Source: Cyanobacteriota bacterium (lineage in GTDB: Bacteria > Cyanobacteriota > Cyanobacteriia > Cyanobacteriales > Nostocaceae). From it: 64,000 nt of DNA. Numbering within the stretch: the stretch's first letter is position 1; each line of letters opens with the position of its first letter. A program made the translations under genes and the position numbers. The notes under the pieces are model-generated. The model had not been told where the DNA came from and ran no database searches. It saw only the letters and a program-made list of their open reading frames with translations. Of the stretch, positions 31,382 to 41,757 are shown in pieces. Where the stretch lies: contig JBJOKS010000026.1 of the NCBI GenBank assembly GCA_046045965.1, forward strand, positions 20,141-84,140. The letters run 5' to 3'.

Positions 31382-31731
31382 TGAGTGCTGCTGATTAAAA
31401 TTTTAGCGATGTTCGGTAACAAGCTGCTATTGAGTTGTTTCCAGGTTTAGAAGGCAAGACAAGGTAACAAGGGAGGAAACTTTACAAAATCACGACTTAC
31501 CCAGAGGTGTAGGGGTGTACGGGAAAAAATTACCCATTACCCATTACCAATTTATCACCTGACCCCTTTTTGCAAACCCTTAATTTTTCGTGTTTTTGCG
31601 TAATTTCTATAGATATTTAGTGTGATACTTGCTGAATTTCTATACTAAATATTTATGATTAATATCTTGTGGATACAAGTATGCTCAGGCTATACTATAG
31701 CCATAAAAATATATAGCTATTTAAGGCTTGC

Positions 31732-31757
31732 TGATAGCGTAGCGTGGCGCAACCCAT
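31732..31757 (+). repeat. 26-nt small dispersed repeat, copy 2, nested in a TATAGCT..AGCTATA inverted repeat
   Basis: TGATAGCGTAGCGTGGCGCAACCCAT. Confidence 0.65.
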
Positions 31758-32197
31758 ACAAACCTAAAAGCTATATAAATCAATGCCTGTATGGAGATAA
31801 AATTGGCATAAGGTGCAAGGTTTTTGACTAGTAAAGTGGCAAAAGGCTGCATTTTGACTTCCAGAAACTAAAAAATCTGACCGCAACAGACAATCTTAAC
31901 TCTTGCCTGTTTCCTGCTGCTTCTTGCCTACCCTCACAAAAAGACTTTTTCAGCACACCCTATTCAGCTAATCAATATTGCATTTTATGATTTCTGATCT
32001 GCTGGATATCTGTTCCCAGCATTGAGAAGCTGTTGATGCTCGATATTTTCATCAGATTTAGTTAATGCAGACACTAACTTAGGTTGTCAGTTAGTGTAGC
32101 TTCTGATGTCTCATATAATCAGAACTTATTTATACATGGCTTATACTGCCACCGAATTAGTCACCATCAGCAATAAATAAAGGAAAAACAAGAATTT

Positions 32198-35100
32198 ATG
32201 GATAACTTGCACATTAACACTAACGAAGATAATTTGCTATTTCCAACATCTGTGTTGAATATCCCAGATCCATTGCAAAATCTTCATCCCAATGTATCTA
32301 GACAACAAATAGGTTTTGAACAGATTCCTGACTCTTTACCTATTGTTACTCCTACTCAATATCTCTATCAGGAAATTCTTCCTACTCCCCAACTGATACT
32401 TCAAGAATCTTTCAACTCTCCCAATGTTAATGCACTCAACACCGCATTGGATTTTGTCCAGGGTCAGCTTCAGGAGTTTGCGCTGGCTCCCAATGCTTAT
32501 GAACAGCTGAACTTTGTTTTTAATGTTACAGATCCCAGCGCAGTCCAAACTCGTTTATCAGACTGGCAAAATAGCATTTTCACAGATCGTCCAGATATTC
32601 TCTTTTTGAGCAATGAGGTGTTGCAGGGCGCAGCAGGTGCTTATTCTGCTTCACGCAATACAATCTATTTGTCAGAAACTCTTACCCAGCCGGATGAATT
32701 GACAAGACTAGCAAAGGTATTGCTAGAAGAGTATGGTCATGCCCTGGATCAACAGTTTAATCCTGGTGACGACACAGCAGGAGACGAGGGTGAACAGTTT
32801 AGTCGGATGATTTTGGGTGAAGAAATTAGCGATGAAGAATTGGCTCAGTTAAGGAGTGAAGACGACGGAGGTACTTTAAACTTAAATGGTGTAGACGTTG
32901 CAGTTGAGTTTGACAACAGCATCGGAACAGCTTTCAATGTTGGCACGCTCAGTGGTACTCGATCCTATTCTGGCTTTGTGGGTAGTACCGACACGAATGA
33001 TTACTATAGTTTTAATCTGAGTAATACCAGCAACTTCAGCTTGAGTTTAACTGGACTGTCTGATGATGCAGATGTCATGCTGCTCAACAGCAGTGGAGGG
33101 ACGATAGTTAGCTCAGTAAATGGTGGGTCAATTTCTGAAAGCATTAGCCGCCAATTAGGTGCAGGTACTTACTATGTCAGGGTATATCCTTACAGCAGTA
33201 ATACAAACTACACTCTAGCTCTCTCTGCAACCGCAGTTCCCACCACAGTTGATGGTGCAGGAAATACCCTCACCTTGGCACGTAACATTGGCACATTGAG
33301 CGTTACTCAAACATTCAACGATTTTGTCGGCAGTACCGATACGAATGATTACTATCGTTTTAGTCTGAGTAATACCAGCAACTTCAGCTTGAGTTTAACT
33401 GGACTGTCTGCTGATGCAGATGTGGCGTTGCTCAACAGCACTGGAGGGACGATAGTTAGCTCGGTAAATGGTGGGTCGAGTTCTGAAAGCATCAGCCGCC
33501 AATTAAGTGCAGGTAATTACTATGTGCGAGTTTATCCATTCAATGGTGCTAATACTAATTACAATCTCAATCTGAGTGCTAGTCTACTCGATGGAGCAGG
33601 TAATAGCCTCACCTTAGCTCGTAACATTGGCACATTGAGCGGTACTCAAACATTCAACGATTTTGTCGGCAGTACCGACACCAATGATTACTATCGTTTT
33701 AGTCTGAGTAATACCAGCAACTTCAGCTTGAATTTAACTGGACTGTCTGCTGATGCAGATGTGACGCTGCTAAATGGTAGTGGTGTTGTCATTCAAAGCT
33801 CTGCCTTGGGCGGAACAGCATCAGAAAATATTAGCCGTCAGTTAACTGCTGGGAATTACTATGTCAGGGTATATCCTTTCAGCGGTAATACAAACTATGC
33901 TCTAGCTCTCTCTGCAACCGCCGTTCCCACCATAGTTGATGGTGCAGGAAATACCCTCAGTACCGCCCGGAATCTTAGCATCCTTAGCGGCAGTCGTTCT
34001 TTTCAAGATTTTGTTGGCAGTAGCGACACCAACGACTATTATCGCTTTGACTTGACCCAGAATAGCAATTTTAGTCTCGGATTGAATGGACTGAGTGCAG
34101 ATGCAGATGTACAACTATTAAACAGTAGTGGTGTTGTAATTCAAAGTTCGACCGTTGGTGGATCATCAGCTGAAAGCATCACCCGTCAGTTGACGGCTGG
34201 GAGGTATTATGTTCGAGTGTATCCCTACAGTGGCAATACGAATTACAACTTGACAGTTTCTGCTACGGCAGTTGCTCAACCAGATGGCGCTGGTAATACA
34301 TTAAGCACAGCGCGAGACATTGGACTTTTAAGTAGTAGTCGTTCTTTCCAAGACTTTGTGGGAACAATAGATACCAATGACTACTATCGTTTTAACCTCA
34401 CTCAAACGAGTAACTTTAACTTAAGCCTCAATGGTCTGAGTGCGGATGCCGACGTACAACTTTTGGACAGCAGCGGTGCAGTCATTCAAGGCTCTTACGG
34501 AGTATTTTCTCTCTCCGAATCCATTACCCGTACTTTGAATGCAGGCACATACTATATTCAGGTTTATCCTTTTAGTGGTAGCACCAACTACAACTTAACG
34601 GTTGCTGCCACAGCAGTTACGTCAGCAGATGGTGCTGGCAATACTTTGACGACTGCTCGGAACATTGGCATTCTGACTGGTAGCCGTTCCTTCCAAGATT
34701 TTGTTGGTGTCAGTGATACGAACGACTATTACCGCTTCAATTTGACCCAGAACAGTAATTTTAGTCTGACATTAAGCGGTCTAAGTGCAGATGCAGATGT
34801 GCAATTGCTCAACAGCAGTGGTCAGGTGATTGATAGTTCCGTAGCCGGTGGATCAGCTTCTGAATTGATTGCCCGTTCCTTGGGAATTGGAACCTACTAT
34901 GTTCGAGTTTATCCTTATCTTAGTGCCAACACCAACTATCAATTGGTTCTGACAGCAACTGCAGGATCTGCTGGTTTTAGCTCCACCTATGGATATGGTC
35001 TTGTGAATGCTGCCTCGGCTGTAGCAAGGGCAATTGGGCAGACAACTCCCTTTGCCAACGTTGCTGACTTAGGAGGTAACAATTGGGGGAACGATATAGT

Positions 35101-35947
35101 CAATGCTCCTGAAGCTTGGGCAAGGGGTTATACAGGGCAAGGCATTGTCGTTGCTGTGATTGACTCAGGGGTTGATATCAACCACTCTGACCTGAGAGAT
35201 AATATTTGGCGTAATACTGGGGAAATTGTTGGTAATGGGATTGATGACGATAGAAATGGCTACATAGATGACGTGAATGGTTGGAATTTCGGTAGCAATC
35301 AAAACAACAATAATGTCCTACCAGGAACTACTTCTCAAGGTCAAGGACATGGAACTCATGTAGCTGGAACAATTGCTGCTAGTAACAATGGCATAGGTGT
35401 TACGGGTGTTGCTCACCAGGCTCGCATCATGGCGATTCGGATGGGAGATGTTGATGACCAGGGGCGATTCACGAATGCTGGCAGTCTCGCAACGGCAATT
35501 CGCTATGCCGTAAATAATGGTGCCAATGTGATCAATATGAGTTTGGGATGGACTGATTCACAAGAACTGAGAGATGCTCTAGCTTATGCTGCAAGCCGCA
35601 ACGTGATCACGGTAAGTGCCGCAGGTAACAGTAGTCTATCTTCTCCTGGCACTCCTGCCCAGTATGCCACTCAGTATGGTCTTTCAGTCGGTGCTGTTGA
35701 CATTAACCGAACTATTGCAAATTTCTCAAATCGAGCAGGTTCTAATAGTGCTATGCAGCACGTAGTTGCTCCTGGGGTAAATATCTACTCAACTACTCCA
35801 GGAAATACCTATGGCTTTTCCAGTGGTACATCTATGGCTGCTCCCCATGTGGCTGGTGTGGTGGCACTCATGTTAAGTGCGAATCGCAACTTGACCCATG
35901 CTCAAGTTCGAGAAATTCTCACTAGCTCTGCTGTGAGACTATCCTAG
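32198..35947 (+). CDS. S8 subtilisin-like protease with six PPC (pre-peptidase C-terminal) repeats
   Basis: Triad VIDSG / HGTHVAG / GTSMAAP; six ~115-aa repeats with DTNDYY.F and G.YYVRVYP. Confidence 0.93.
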   Translation: MDNLHINTNEDNLLFPTSVLNIPDPLQNLHPNVSRQQIGFEQIPDSLPIVTPTQYLYQEILPTPQLILQESFNSPNVNALNTALDFVQGQLQEFALAPNAYEQLNFVFNVTDPSAVQTRLSDWQNSIFTDRPDILFLSNEVLQGAAGAYSASRNTIYLSETLTQPDELTRLAKVLLEEYGHALDQQFNPGDDTAGDEGEQFSRMILGEEISDEELAQLRSEDDGGTLNLNGVDVAVEFDNSIGTAFNVGTLSGTRSYSGFVGSTDTNDYYSFNLSNTSNFSLSLTGLSDDADVMLLNSSGGTIVSSVNGGSISESISRQLGAGTYYVRVYPYSSNTNYTLALSATAVPTTVDGAGNTLTLARNIGTLSVTQTFNDFVGSTDTNDYYRFSLSNTSNFSLSLTGLSADADVALLNSTGGTIVSSVNGGSSSESISRQLSAGNYYVRVYPFNGANTNYNLNLSASLLDGAGNSLTLARNIGTLSGTQTFNDFVGSTDTNDYYRFSLSNTSNFSLNLTGLSADADVTLLNGSGVVIQSSALGGTASENISRQLTAGNYYVRVYPFSGNTNYALALSATAVPTIVDGAGNTLSTARNLSILSGSRSFQDFVGSSDTNDYYRFDLTQNSNFSLGLNGLSADADVQLLNSSGVVIQSSTVGGSSAESITRQLTAGRYYVRVYPYSGNTNYNLTVSATAVAQPDGAGNTLSTARDIGLLSSSRSFQDFVGTIDTNDYYRFNLTQTSNFNLSLNGLSADADVQLLDSSGAVIQGSYGVFSLSESITRTLNAGTYYIQVYPFSGSTNYNLTVAATAVTSADGAGNTLTTARNIGILTGSRSFQDFVGVSDTNDYYRFNLTQNSNFSLTLSGLSADADVQLLNSSGQVIDSSVAGGSASELIARSLGIGTYYVRVYPYLSANTNYQLVLTATAGSAGFSSTYGYGLVNAASAVARAIGQTTPFANVADLGGNNWGNDIVNAPEAWARGYTGQGIVVAVIDSGVDINHSDLRDNIWRNTGEIVGNGIDDDRNGYIDDVNGWNFGSNQNNNNVLPGTTSQGQGHGTHVAGTIAASNNGIGVTGVAHQARIMAIRMGDVDDQGRFTNAGSLATAIRYAVNNGANVINMSLGWTDSQELRDALAYAASRNVITVSAAGNSSLSSPGTPAQYATQYGLSVGAVDINRTIANFSNRAGSNSAMQHVVAPGVNIYSTTPGNTYGFSSGTSMAAPHVAGVVALMLSANRNLTHAQVREILTSSAVRLS

Positions 35948-36073
35948 AGTTATGTACAACATCTGTCACCAATTGGTGTATTAGTTGCCGGGAGCAAAGC
36001 GGAACATGAGTAAATTCAGAACTTTGATGTTCCGCTTGCATTAATTCTAGTTGCGATAGCAGCAGTTTAACCC

Positions 36074-36622
36074 ATGAAATCTATGACAAAGTTTGGCAAA
36101 ATCAAACAAGGAATGTTGGTTTTAATTCTTGGGTGTAGTGCCTCGTTAACAGCAGTAAATTTGGTTGGAGGCTATGATACGATGACACAGGTAAGTTTGT
36201 CTGGTCCTATAACTCCTGCCAAACAACAACTCCCTCATCAATCTCAAGGGATTAGCGGTTTTGTTTTTTCCCTCAATGGTAATCAAATGCCTATAAATCA
36301 ACCTGATGAATCAAGATCAAATTCTCAGCCAGTAAGTACCAAGGTCTGGATCTTTGCTGGTAAAATTATAGGTACTGGTTCTCCTCGTTGGCCGCTAGAG
36401 AAAGCGCAACAACATCCTGGTTTGATTGGATGGACAGTTAGTGACTCTAGTGGACAATTTAAAGTAGGATTGCCTCCGGGAGAGTATACTGTATTAGCAG
36501 AGTATGGTTCTGATCTTTATTTGAATAAATTCTCAGCAGATGGGAGCTTTGCTTCGGTTCAAGTTACTGCTAATCAAGTGACTGAAGTTAAACTTATTAA
36601 CACTGAAAATGCAGTATTCTGA
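36074..36622 (+). CDS. Exported protein with carboxypeptidase-regulatory-like beta-sandwich domain
   Basis: Hydrophobic N-terminus; SDSSGQFKVGLPPGEYTVLAE. Confidence 0.7.
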   Translation: MKSMTKFGKIKQGMLVLILGCSASLTAVNLVGGYDTMTQVSLSGPITPAKQQLPHQSQGISGFVFSLNGNQMPINQPDESRSNSQPVSTKVWIFAGKIIGTGSPRWPLEKAQQHPGLIGWTVSDSSGQFKVGLPPGEYTVLAEYGSDLYLNKFSADGSFASVQVTANQVTEVKLINTENAVF

Positions 36623-36726
36623 GCATATCATCGTTTCCCTTGAAGCAAAGTCGCTAATCTTGTAGGCTGCAAACATAAAATGTAAAGTACCTGATTTTTC
36701 TCTTAAGACTTTGGTGCATAAAGTTG

Positions 36727-36832
36727 TGCAGCAGATTCCTTTGTTATGAGGTACAGTTTAATCTTCTGGGTTTTTGACTTCTACCTTATGTCTTAAAATA
36801 AAGTGTATCTCATTACACCGAGAAGTGCTGTA
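36727..36832. mobile_element. MITE-like element with imperfect terminal inverted repeats
   Basis: CAGCA-N12-ATGAGGTACA ... TGTATCTCAT-N12-TGCTGTA; a related right end occurs at ~15095-15124. Confidence 0.55.
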
Positions 36833-37021
36833 ATAAGACTAAATTCTCTATTTAAATTTTTGTACTTTTTGTTACTAAAAATACGTTCTTTATTAAGAAA
36901 TGCGTAATAATACTGAAATTAATTTTTCCTCAAGGAAATGGTCTTGAGTTGTTAAAATGGTTAAACCTAAATCTTAATGGGTGCTACAAATCAAGTACCC
37001 AAGGCATTGAAATTTCTCTCC

Positions 37022-39043
37022 ATGTCTTACGAACCCCTGCACCACAAGTATCGCCCCAAAAGTTTTGCTGAACTAGTGGGACAAGAGGCGATCGCAACTA
37101 CCCTGACTAATGCCATTAGCTCGTCAAAAATCGCCCCTGCCTATTTGTTTACAGGTCCTAGAGGTACGGGGAAAACTTCTAGCGCCCGAATTTTGGCTAA
37201 ATCTTTAAATTGTCTTAAAAGTGACAAGCCAACTGCTGAACCTTGTGGCGTTTGCGATATTTGTCAAGGTATTACTAAAGGTTATTCCCTGGATGTAATC
37301 GAAATTGACGCTGCTAGTAATACTGGTGTTGATAACATCCGGGAATTGATTGAAAAGGCACAGTTTGCCCCGGTGCAGTGTCGGTATAAGGTTTATGTGA
37401 TAGATGAATGTCATATGCTCAGTACCGCTGCGTTTAATGCGTTACTGAAAACATTAGAAGAACCACCGAAGCACGTGGTTTTTGTTCTAGCGACAACGGA
37501 CCCCCAGCGAGTATTACCAACAATTATTTCTCGCTGTCAAAGGTTTGATTTTAGACGCATTCAGTTAGAAGCGATGGTCAAACATTTAGGTGCGATCGCC
37601 TCTCAAGAAAACATCAGTATTGCCCTGGATGCCCTCACCTTGGTAGCACAAATAGCGCAGGGAGGCTTGCGAGATGCAGAAAGTTTACTGGATCAACTAG
37701 CTTTGTTTCCTGGGGAAGTCTCACCAGATCAAGTTTGGGACTTGGTGGGTTCAGTCAGTGAAAAAGATTTGCTGGCTTTGTTAGAGGCGATCGCTCAAGA
37801 TAATTCCGAAGTAGTATTAGATGCTACCCGACAAATCCTAGATCGGGGACGGGAACCCCTGACAATTCTCCAAAATTTTGCCGCCTTCTACCGAGATTTA
37901 CTCATTGCCAAAACCGCCCCAAATCGTCAAGATTTAGTTGCTTGTACCCAACAAACCTGGACAGAATTAGTTAACTTTGCCCACAGGTTAGAGATAACTA
38001 CAATTTTGCGCGGACAGCAGCATCTCAGAACAGCAGAAGTCCAACTCAAAAACACCACCCAACCCCGTTTGTGGTTAGAAGTCACATTACTTGGGTTATT
38101 ACCCAGTGCCAATATTCAGCCACAAGCCCCGAATATCCCCCAAGCTGCCAATACACCTGCTGTATCTCCACCCCCATCGGCTTATAGCCAAACAAATTAC
38201 AATTCTCCAGTATCTTCACCACCAGCAGCTTATCCCCAAGCAAATCATAATTCAACGCCTAATACAGCATCCCCACCACCAGCAGCTTATCCCCAAGCAA
38301 ATCATAATTCAACGCCTAATACAGCATCTGCACCTGCACCAGAACCTGTGTATACTCCTCCAGAACCTGTGACAACACCTACAGCACCCGCACAGGAAGT
38401 TGTAGCCGGATCACAGTATGACTTAACTCAGATTTGGCAACAGGTACTTGCTAATCTCCAACCACCATCAAGGAGGGAAATGCTACGTCAAATGAGCCAA
38501 CTTCTGGACTTTGATGGCGCTTTTGCTCGTATTGCTATTAAACAGGCATGGTATGAGAAGGGTAAATCGGATTTGCCAATAATTACAACTGCTTTTCACC
38601 AAACTTTTCAGCGGGAAATTCAAGTAAATCTCGAAAAAGCAACTTCATCAACCTCTACTACAACCAGAAGAAATCCTCTCCCACAAGATTCTACTCGTGT
38701 TCAGCAACCACCGACGACACCCATTTATAACCAGCCACAACCAGCACCACAACCAGCACCACAACCCACCCAACCACCACAAAAAATCGAGCCTGTAGTC
38801 ACAAACACAGCCCCAGTGCAGAACTTTGCACCCCCACCAAGTCAAGCACCTATATCACAAGCACCCAAATTACAAGCACCTGTATCAACTTGGGATAATG
38901 ATGAAGTAGCAAAGGCGGCTAAAAGTCTGGCAGATTTTTTCTCTGGGGAAATCATTCGCCTCACAGATGATACTTTTGATTTGTCTGATACTGGAGTTTC
39001 CCCAGATGTTGAGATATATGAATCTGATTATGATTATGACTAA
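37022..39043 (+). CDS. dnaX: DNA polymerase III subunit gamma/tau
   Basis: HHKYRP, GPRGTGKT, EIDAAS, IDECHML, SRCQRF; Pro/Gln-rich C-terminal linker; ATG at 37022. Confidence 0.96.
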   Translation: MSYEPLHHKYRPKSFAELVGQEAIATTLTNAISSSKIAPAYLFTGPRGTGKTSSARILAKSLNCLKSDKPTAEPCGVCDICQGITKGYSLDVIEIDAASNTGVDNIRELIEKAQFAPVQCRYKVYVIDECHMLSTAAFNALLKTLEEPPKHVVFVLATTDPQRVLPTIISRCQRFDFRRIQLEAMVKHLGAIASQENISIALDALTLVAQIAQGGLRDAESLLDQLALFPGEVSPDQVWDLVGSVSEKDLLALLEAIAQDNSEVVLDATRQILDRGREPLTILQNFAAFYRDLLIAKTAPNRQDLVACTQQTWTELVNFAHRLEITTILRGQQHLRTAEVQLKNTTQPRLWLEVTLLGLLPSANIQPQAPNIPQAANTPAVSPPPSAYSQTNYNSPVSSPPAAYPQANHNSTPNTASPPPAAYPQANHNSTPNTASAPAPEPVYTPPEPVTTPTAPAQEVVAGSQYDLTQIWQQVLANLQPPSRREMLRQMSQLLDFDGAFARIAIKQAWYEKGKSDLPIITTAFHQTFQREIQVNLEKATSSTSTTTRRNPLPQDSTRVQQPPTTPIYNQPQPAPQPAPQPTQPPQKIEPVVTNTAPVQNFAPPPSQAPISQAPKLQAPVSTWDNDEVAKAAKSLADFFSGEIIRLTDDTFDLSDTGVSPDVEIYESDYDYD

Positions 39044-39107
39044 TCTCTTGTTAGTAATATTTGTTTAGGCTGGTAATGGGTAATGGGTAGTTGAGTTGTT
39101 CATTCTC

Positions 39108-39177
39108 CCAGTCACCAGTCACCAGTCACCAGTCACCAGTCACCAGTCACCAGTCACCAGTCACCAGTCACCAGTCA
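39108..39177. repeat. STRR (CCAGTCA)x10
   Basis: Direct reading; the last unit overlaps the stop codon of the adjacent gene. Confidence 0.9.
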
Positions 39178-39993
39178 GGCATAATATTGAGACATAAACT
39201 TGTCGGTAATAGTCCAAAGATGATCATCTAATTTAGTGAATACCCATTCAGCAATATCTTCGGGAACACCACCATAAAATGCTTCGGCAATACCACCTGT
39301 AATACAAGCAATGGTGTCACTATCTCCACCAATAGAAATAGCATTGCGAATTGCATCTTCAAAATCAGTTGATTCTAAAAAAGCGATAATAGCTTGAGGA
39401 ACAGAACCTTGACAGGACATATCATATTCATAGGTAGGTCTAATTTCGGCTAAGGTTTGTTCTAAGTTATAACCAAAAGTATTTTGGATATAGGATTTGA
39501 TGGTAGTTTTATCATAGCCAATACGAGCTAAAAAGATAGATGCGGCTGTTGCTTGTGCGCCCTTAACGCCTTCAGGATGGTTATGAGTAACTTCTGCACT
39601 ATGTCTTGCTTCTTCTAAGACAATATCTAGGTTATCAAATGCAGATGCTATAGGACTAACCCGCATAGCTGCACCGTTACCCCAGCTGTTGTATGGTTCG
39701 GTACTACTGGAATTTGCCCATTTCATAAAATGACCGCCATAACTAGCATGGGGATATTCTCCATAATAAGATTTGAATTGCTGAATATATTGGAATTTAT
39801 CAATATACTTAGTTTTATCAGGGAATTCGTCTGCATTGAGAATAACCTCAGCAACCGCTAGGGTTAATACTGTATCATCTGTGAAATGACATCTATCATC
39901 GAAAAGGGGAAAGTCCTTAGTTTTTATATTGTAAAACTCATAAATTGAGCCAATAATATCACCTGCGATCGCACCTAACATACTTGTCTCCAT
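39175..39993 (-). CDS. ADP-ribosylglycohydrolase family protein
   Basis: GAIAGDIIG, FTDDT, GNGAAMR, GGDSDT. Confidence 0.94.
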   Translation of the reverse strand: METSMLGAIAGDIIGSIYEFYNIKTKDFPLFDDRCHFTDDTVLTLAVAEVILNADEFPDKTKYIDKFQYIQQFKSYYGEYPHASYGGHFMKWANSSSTEPYNSWGNGAAMRVSPIASAFDNLDIVLEEARHSAEVTHNHPEGVKGAQATAASIFLARIGYDKTTIKSYIQNTFGYNLEQTLAEIRPTYEYDMSCQGSVPQAIIAFLESTDFEDAIRNAISIGGDSDTIACITGGIAEAFYGGVPEDIAEWVFTKLDDHLWTITDKFMSQYYA

Positions 39994-40291
39994 GTAATAT
40001 TTAAGTTAATTATTTCAGATGTAAGTATATTGGCACAAAAAAACCAAACTATGTGAAGAAAGATGAACTGAGGCTAAAACCCTCTTTCCCCCTGCCAGAA
40101 AGCCCCTTGCCTGAACCTCATGACAAATATTCACGCCTACCTACTTATCATATCTGTGAAGGGAGGTAAAAGGCACTCATGCAAGAAGCAATAGGAAGAG
40201 CTAGTCCTAAGCTGACGATTTTCTAGACAAAGCTATACTTATGTAGACAAAAATCAATTTCTCTTTAGTTAAAAAATCAACTATTTGATAT

Positions 40292-40410
40292 ATATAGCAA
40301 TCCTATTTGATTTGTGAACGAAATTTTAAAACGAACCGCTCCAGACGCAGAGAGCGCAGAGGTAGAGAAGAAGAGAGAGGTGTTCATATCTTATTTCGGA
40401 TTGCTATATA
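40292..40410. mobile_element. MITE-like element
   Basis: Terminal inverted repeats TATAGCAATCC..TGAAC / GTTCA..GGATTGCTATA enclosing CGCAGAG repeats. Confidence 0.6.
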
Positions 40411-40535
40411 ATCCTAAGATATCAAGTATTGAATTAAGACTATTGCCGACGCGAAAACCAAAACCCAGTAATAGCATCCTTGCATTCCTGTAACATAGCC
40501 CAAAAATCAACCTTGCTGACTTTGGGCTACTGGTA

Positions 40536-40662
40536 AGGGACTTCCAGGAAATAAATTATCCAATTTTGTGGGATGGGCTTCTAGTCCGTCCAAGTTTAAG
40601 GGCAGGCTGTCCGGCCTACCCCACAAGAATTAATTGAATATTTTTTTATTTGGAAGTCGCTA
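40536..40662. mobile_element. MITE-like element with nested REP-like palindrome
   Basis: Ends GGGACTTCCA / TGGAAGTCGC; internal TGTGGGATGGGC..GCCTACCCCACA. Confidence 0.6.
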
Positions 40663-40709
40663 AACTCAAATTTTTCTCTCCGCTTTGAACAGCGAATAGT
40701 CAAAATCAG

Positions 40710-41315
40710 TTATCGACACCTGCGATATTTGATGTGATAAACTAAACCACGGTGGGCAAGGTCAAAGGAGTCAACAGTTGCCATCCCTTGACCATTAGCG
40801 ATCATTGCAGCATTCACGCGCATATTTACACTATCGCCACAGGCTGACCAGATATCACCCACAGTCACTAATTTATCTCGAACGTTGTAGTCAGTTTCGC
40901 CGCGAAATGTTCTAGAAAAAACAGGTCCACGCTGGCCTGCAAAAAAGTATTCTGCTCTTAGTCTTCCTGTTGTTGCGGGTGCAACATATCCCCGATAATC
41001 AGCATCATAGAAGGAAATTTGAAAGCCTTGGGGTACTTGAATGGGAATACTTAAGTTACAACTTTTGCGTGTTTCTGCTGATTTATTCCCTACAGCTATA
41101 AATTTATCAAAGAGAATACTTAACTCTTGACCATCAGGACTGACGTTGACACTAGCAGATCCTTCAGGACAACCGTTACCACCATATTCTGCACCTTTAA
41201 TTTTAACTTTTTCGTTAGCAAAGGCTGGTCCGACAGAGGCCGTTATTAGTGTAGCCGCAGCCAGAAAAGCTTGCATCAACTTGAGAGATGTCTTCTTGAA
41301 GCTTTGATGATTCAT
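40710..41315 (-). CDS. Secreted DUF4360-family protein
   Basis: Signal peptide; YGGNGCPEG, RKSCNL, DYRGY, WSACG pattern. Confidence 0.8.
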   Translation of the reverse strand: MNHQSFKKTSLKLMQAFLAAATLITASVGPAFANEKVKIKGAEYGGNGCPEGSASVNVSPDGQELSILFDKFIAVGNKSAETRKSCNLSIPIQVPQGFQISFYDADYRGYVAPATTGRLRAEYFFAGQRGPVFSRTFRGETDYNVRDKLVTVGDIWSACGDSVNMRVNAAMIANGQGMATVDSFDLAHRGLVYHIKYRRCR

Positions 41316-41757
41316 AGTTCACCTGTTTTGGGTATTTTCACTACTACTCAGTGCAAAATTTTGAACTAGAGTTGTTATGTCAACAACTCTATGCTTATCA
41401 GACAGACATTGGTGTGAATTTAGTTCCAAGCAAACCAAATTAGTAAACAAACTCGGACTTTTTAGAGCAAATTTAAATGGATACTAGCAATTTAACTGCT
41501 TAAATTTTACATTTTTACCAGTGTAATATGCAGTAAAAAGCACAAAATGACTCAGGGAGACTGAGTTGAGAAGAATCAAAATTTGAAATTTTAAATATCA
41601 GCAATCAATATCTTTACGAACACCTCGAAATATTTTTTAATTACATCTACCTATTGATATATATCTTGGGAGAGTGACACAATTTTCGTTTTCAAGACCT
41701 AAATAGTAATAGTTTCTAACCAAACAAATTCTCTGCGTTCTCTGTGTAAGTAAAAAT

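Noticed and set aside
37390..37430. Possible DnaX intein
   Set aside because: VIDECHMLS is contiguous, so this allele has no intein
37022..39043. Programmed frameshift producing a gamma subunit
   Set aside because: No convincing A-AAA-AAG or long A-run slippery site was seen after domain III
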